From positions 32,001 through 96,000 of the forward strand of contig JBGTGT010000133.1 of the NCBI GenBank assembly GCA_041746575.1: a stretch of 64,000 nt of DNA, read 5' to 3'. This DNA comes from Microcystaceae cyanobacterium (GTDB lineage Bacteria; Cyanobacteriota; Cyanobacteriia; Cyanobacteriales; Microcystaceae). Positions within the stretch are counted from its first letter, which is position 1. Each line of letters begins with the position of its first letter. A program made the translations under genes and the position numbers. Shown piece after piece: positions 63,945 through 64,000 of the stretch. The notes under the pieces are model-generated. The model was given only the letters and a program-made list of their open reading frames with translations. It did no database searches and was not told the DNA's origin.

Positions 63945-64000
63945 AGTAATTTAAACTCCTGATGACAGGTTAATTACAAAAAAATAGAAAGCTCTCTCTT

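Overview
Chromosomal window from a unicellular cyanobacterium, probably Chroococcales-like. Evidence: frequent HIP1 octamers GCGATCGC, rpoB followed directly by rpoC2 with no rpoC1, and petG, cytM, pmgA, ycf37 and atpT. Most of it is core housekeeping DNA: rpsT-tatD-rpoB-rpoC2, leuA, sdhA, an intein-free dnaB, cobA-hemD, menD, queG, queD, rlmD, tlyA, mnmG, one tRNA with a CAU anticodon (probably Ile2) and a TpsA/filamentous-haemagglutinin-type exoprotein. The ORF track missed two small genes, petG and atpT/norf1. I see no CRISPR array, prophage or recognisable defence operon, and I cannot claim a clear-cut new multi-gene system. The best leads are: (1) a full-length HisD homologue that has lost nearly all catalytic and Zn residues yet sits at the usual hisD-rpsT locus; (2) about 0.9 kb just after the rpoC2 terminator made of abutting short fragments of at least four IS families, next to an AT-rich orphan secreted-protein gene; (3) an unannotated minus-strand transcription unit at about 22143-22341 (promoter with an HLR1-like repeat, a 27-codon hydrophobic ORF or structured sRNA, and a terminator); (4) a catalytically degenerate RNase R-like (Zam) gene divergent from a two-domain protein of unknown function. 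All family assignments come from recognising motifs by eye; no database search was run.
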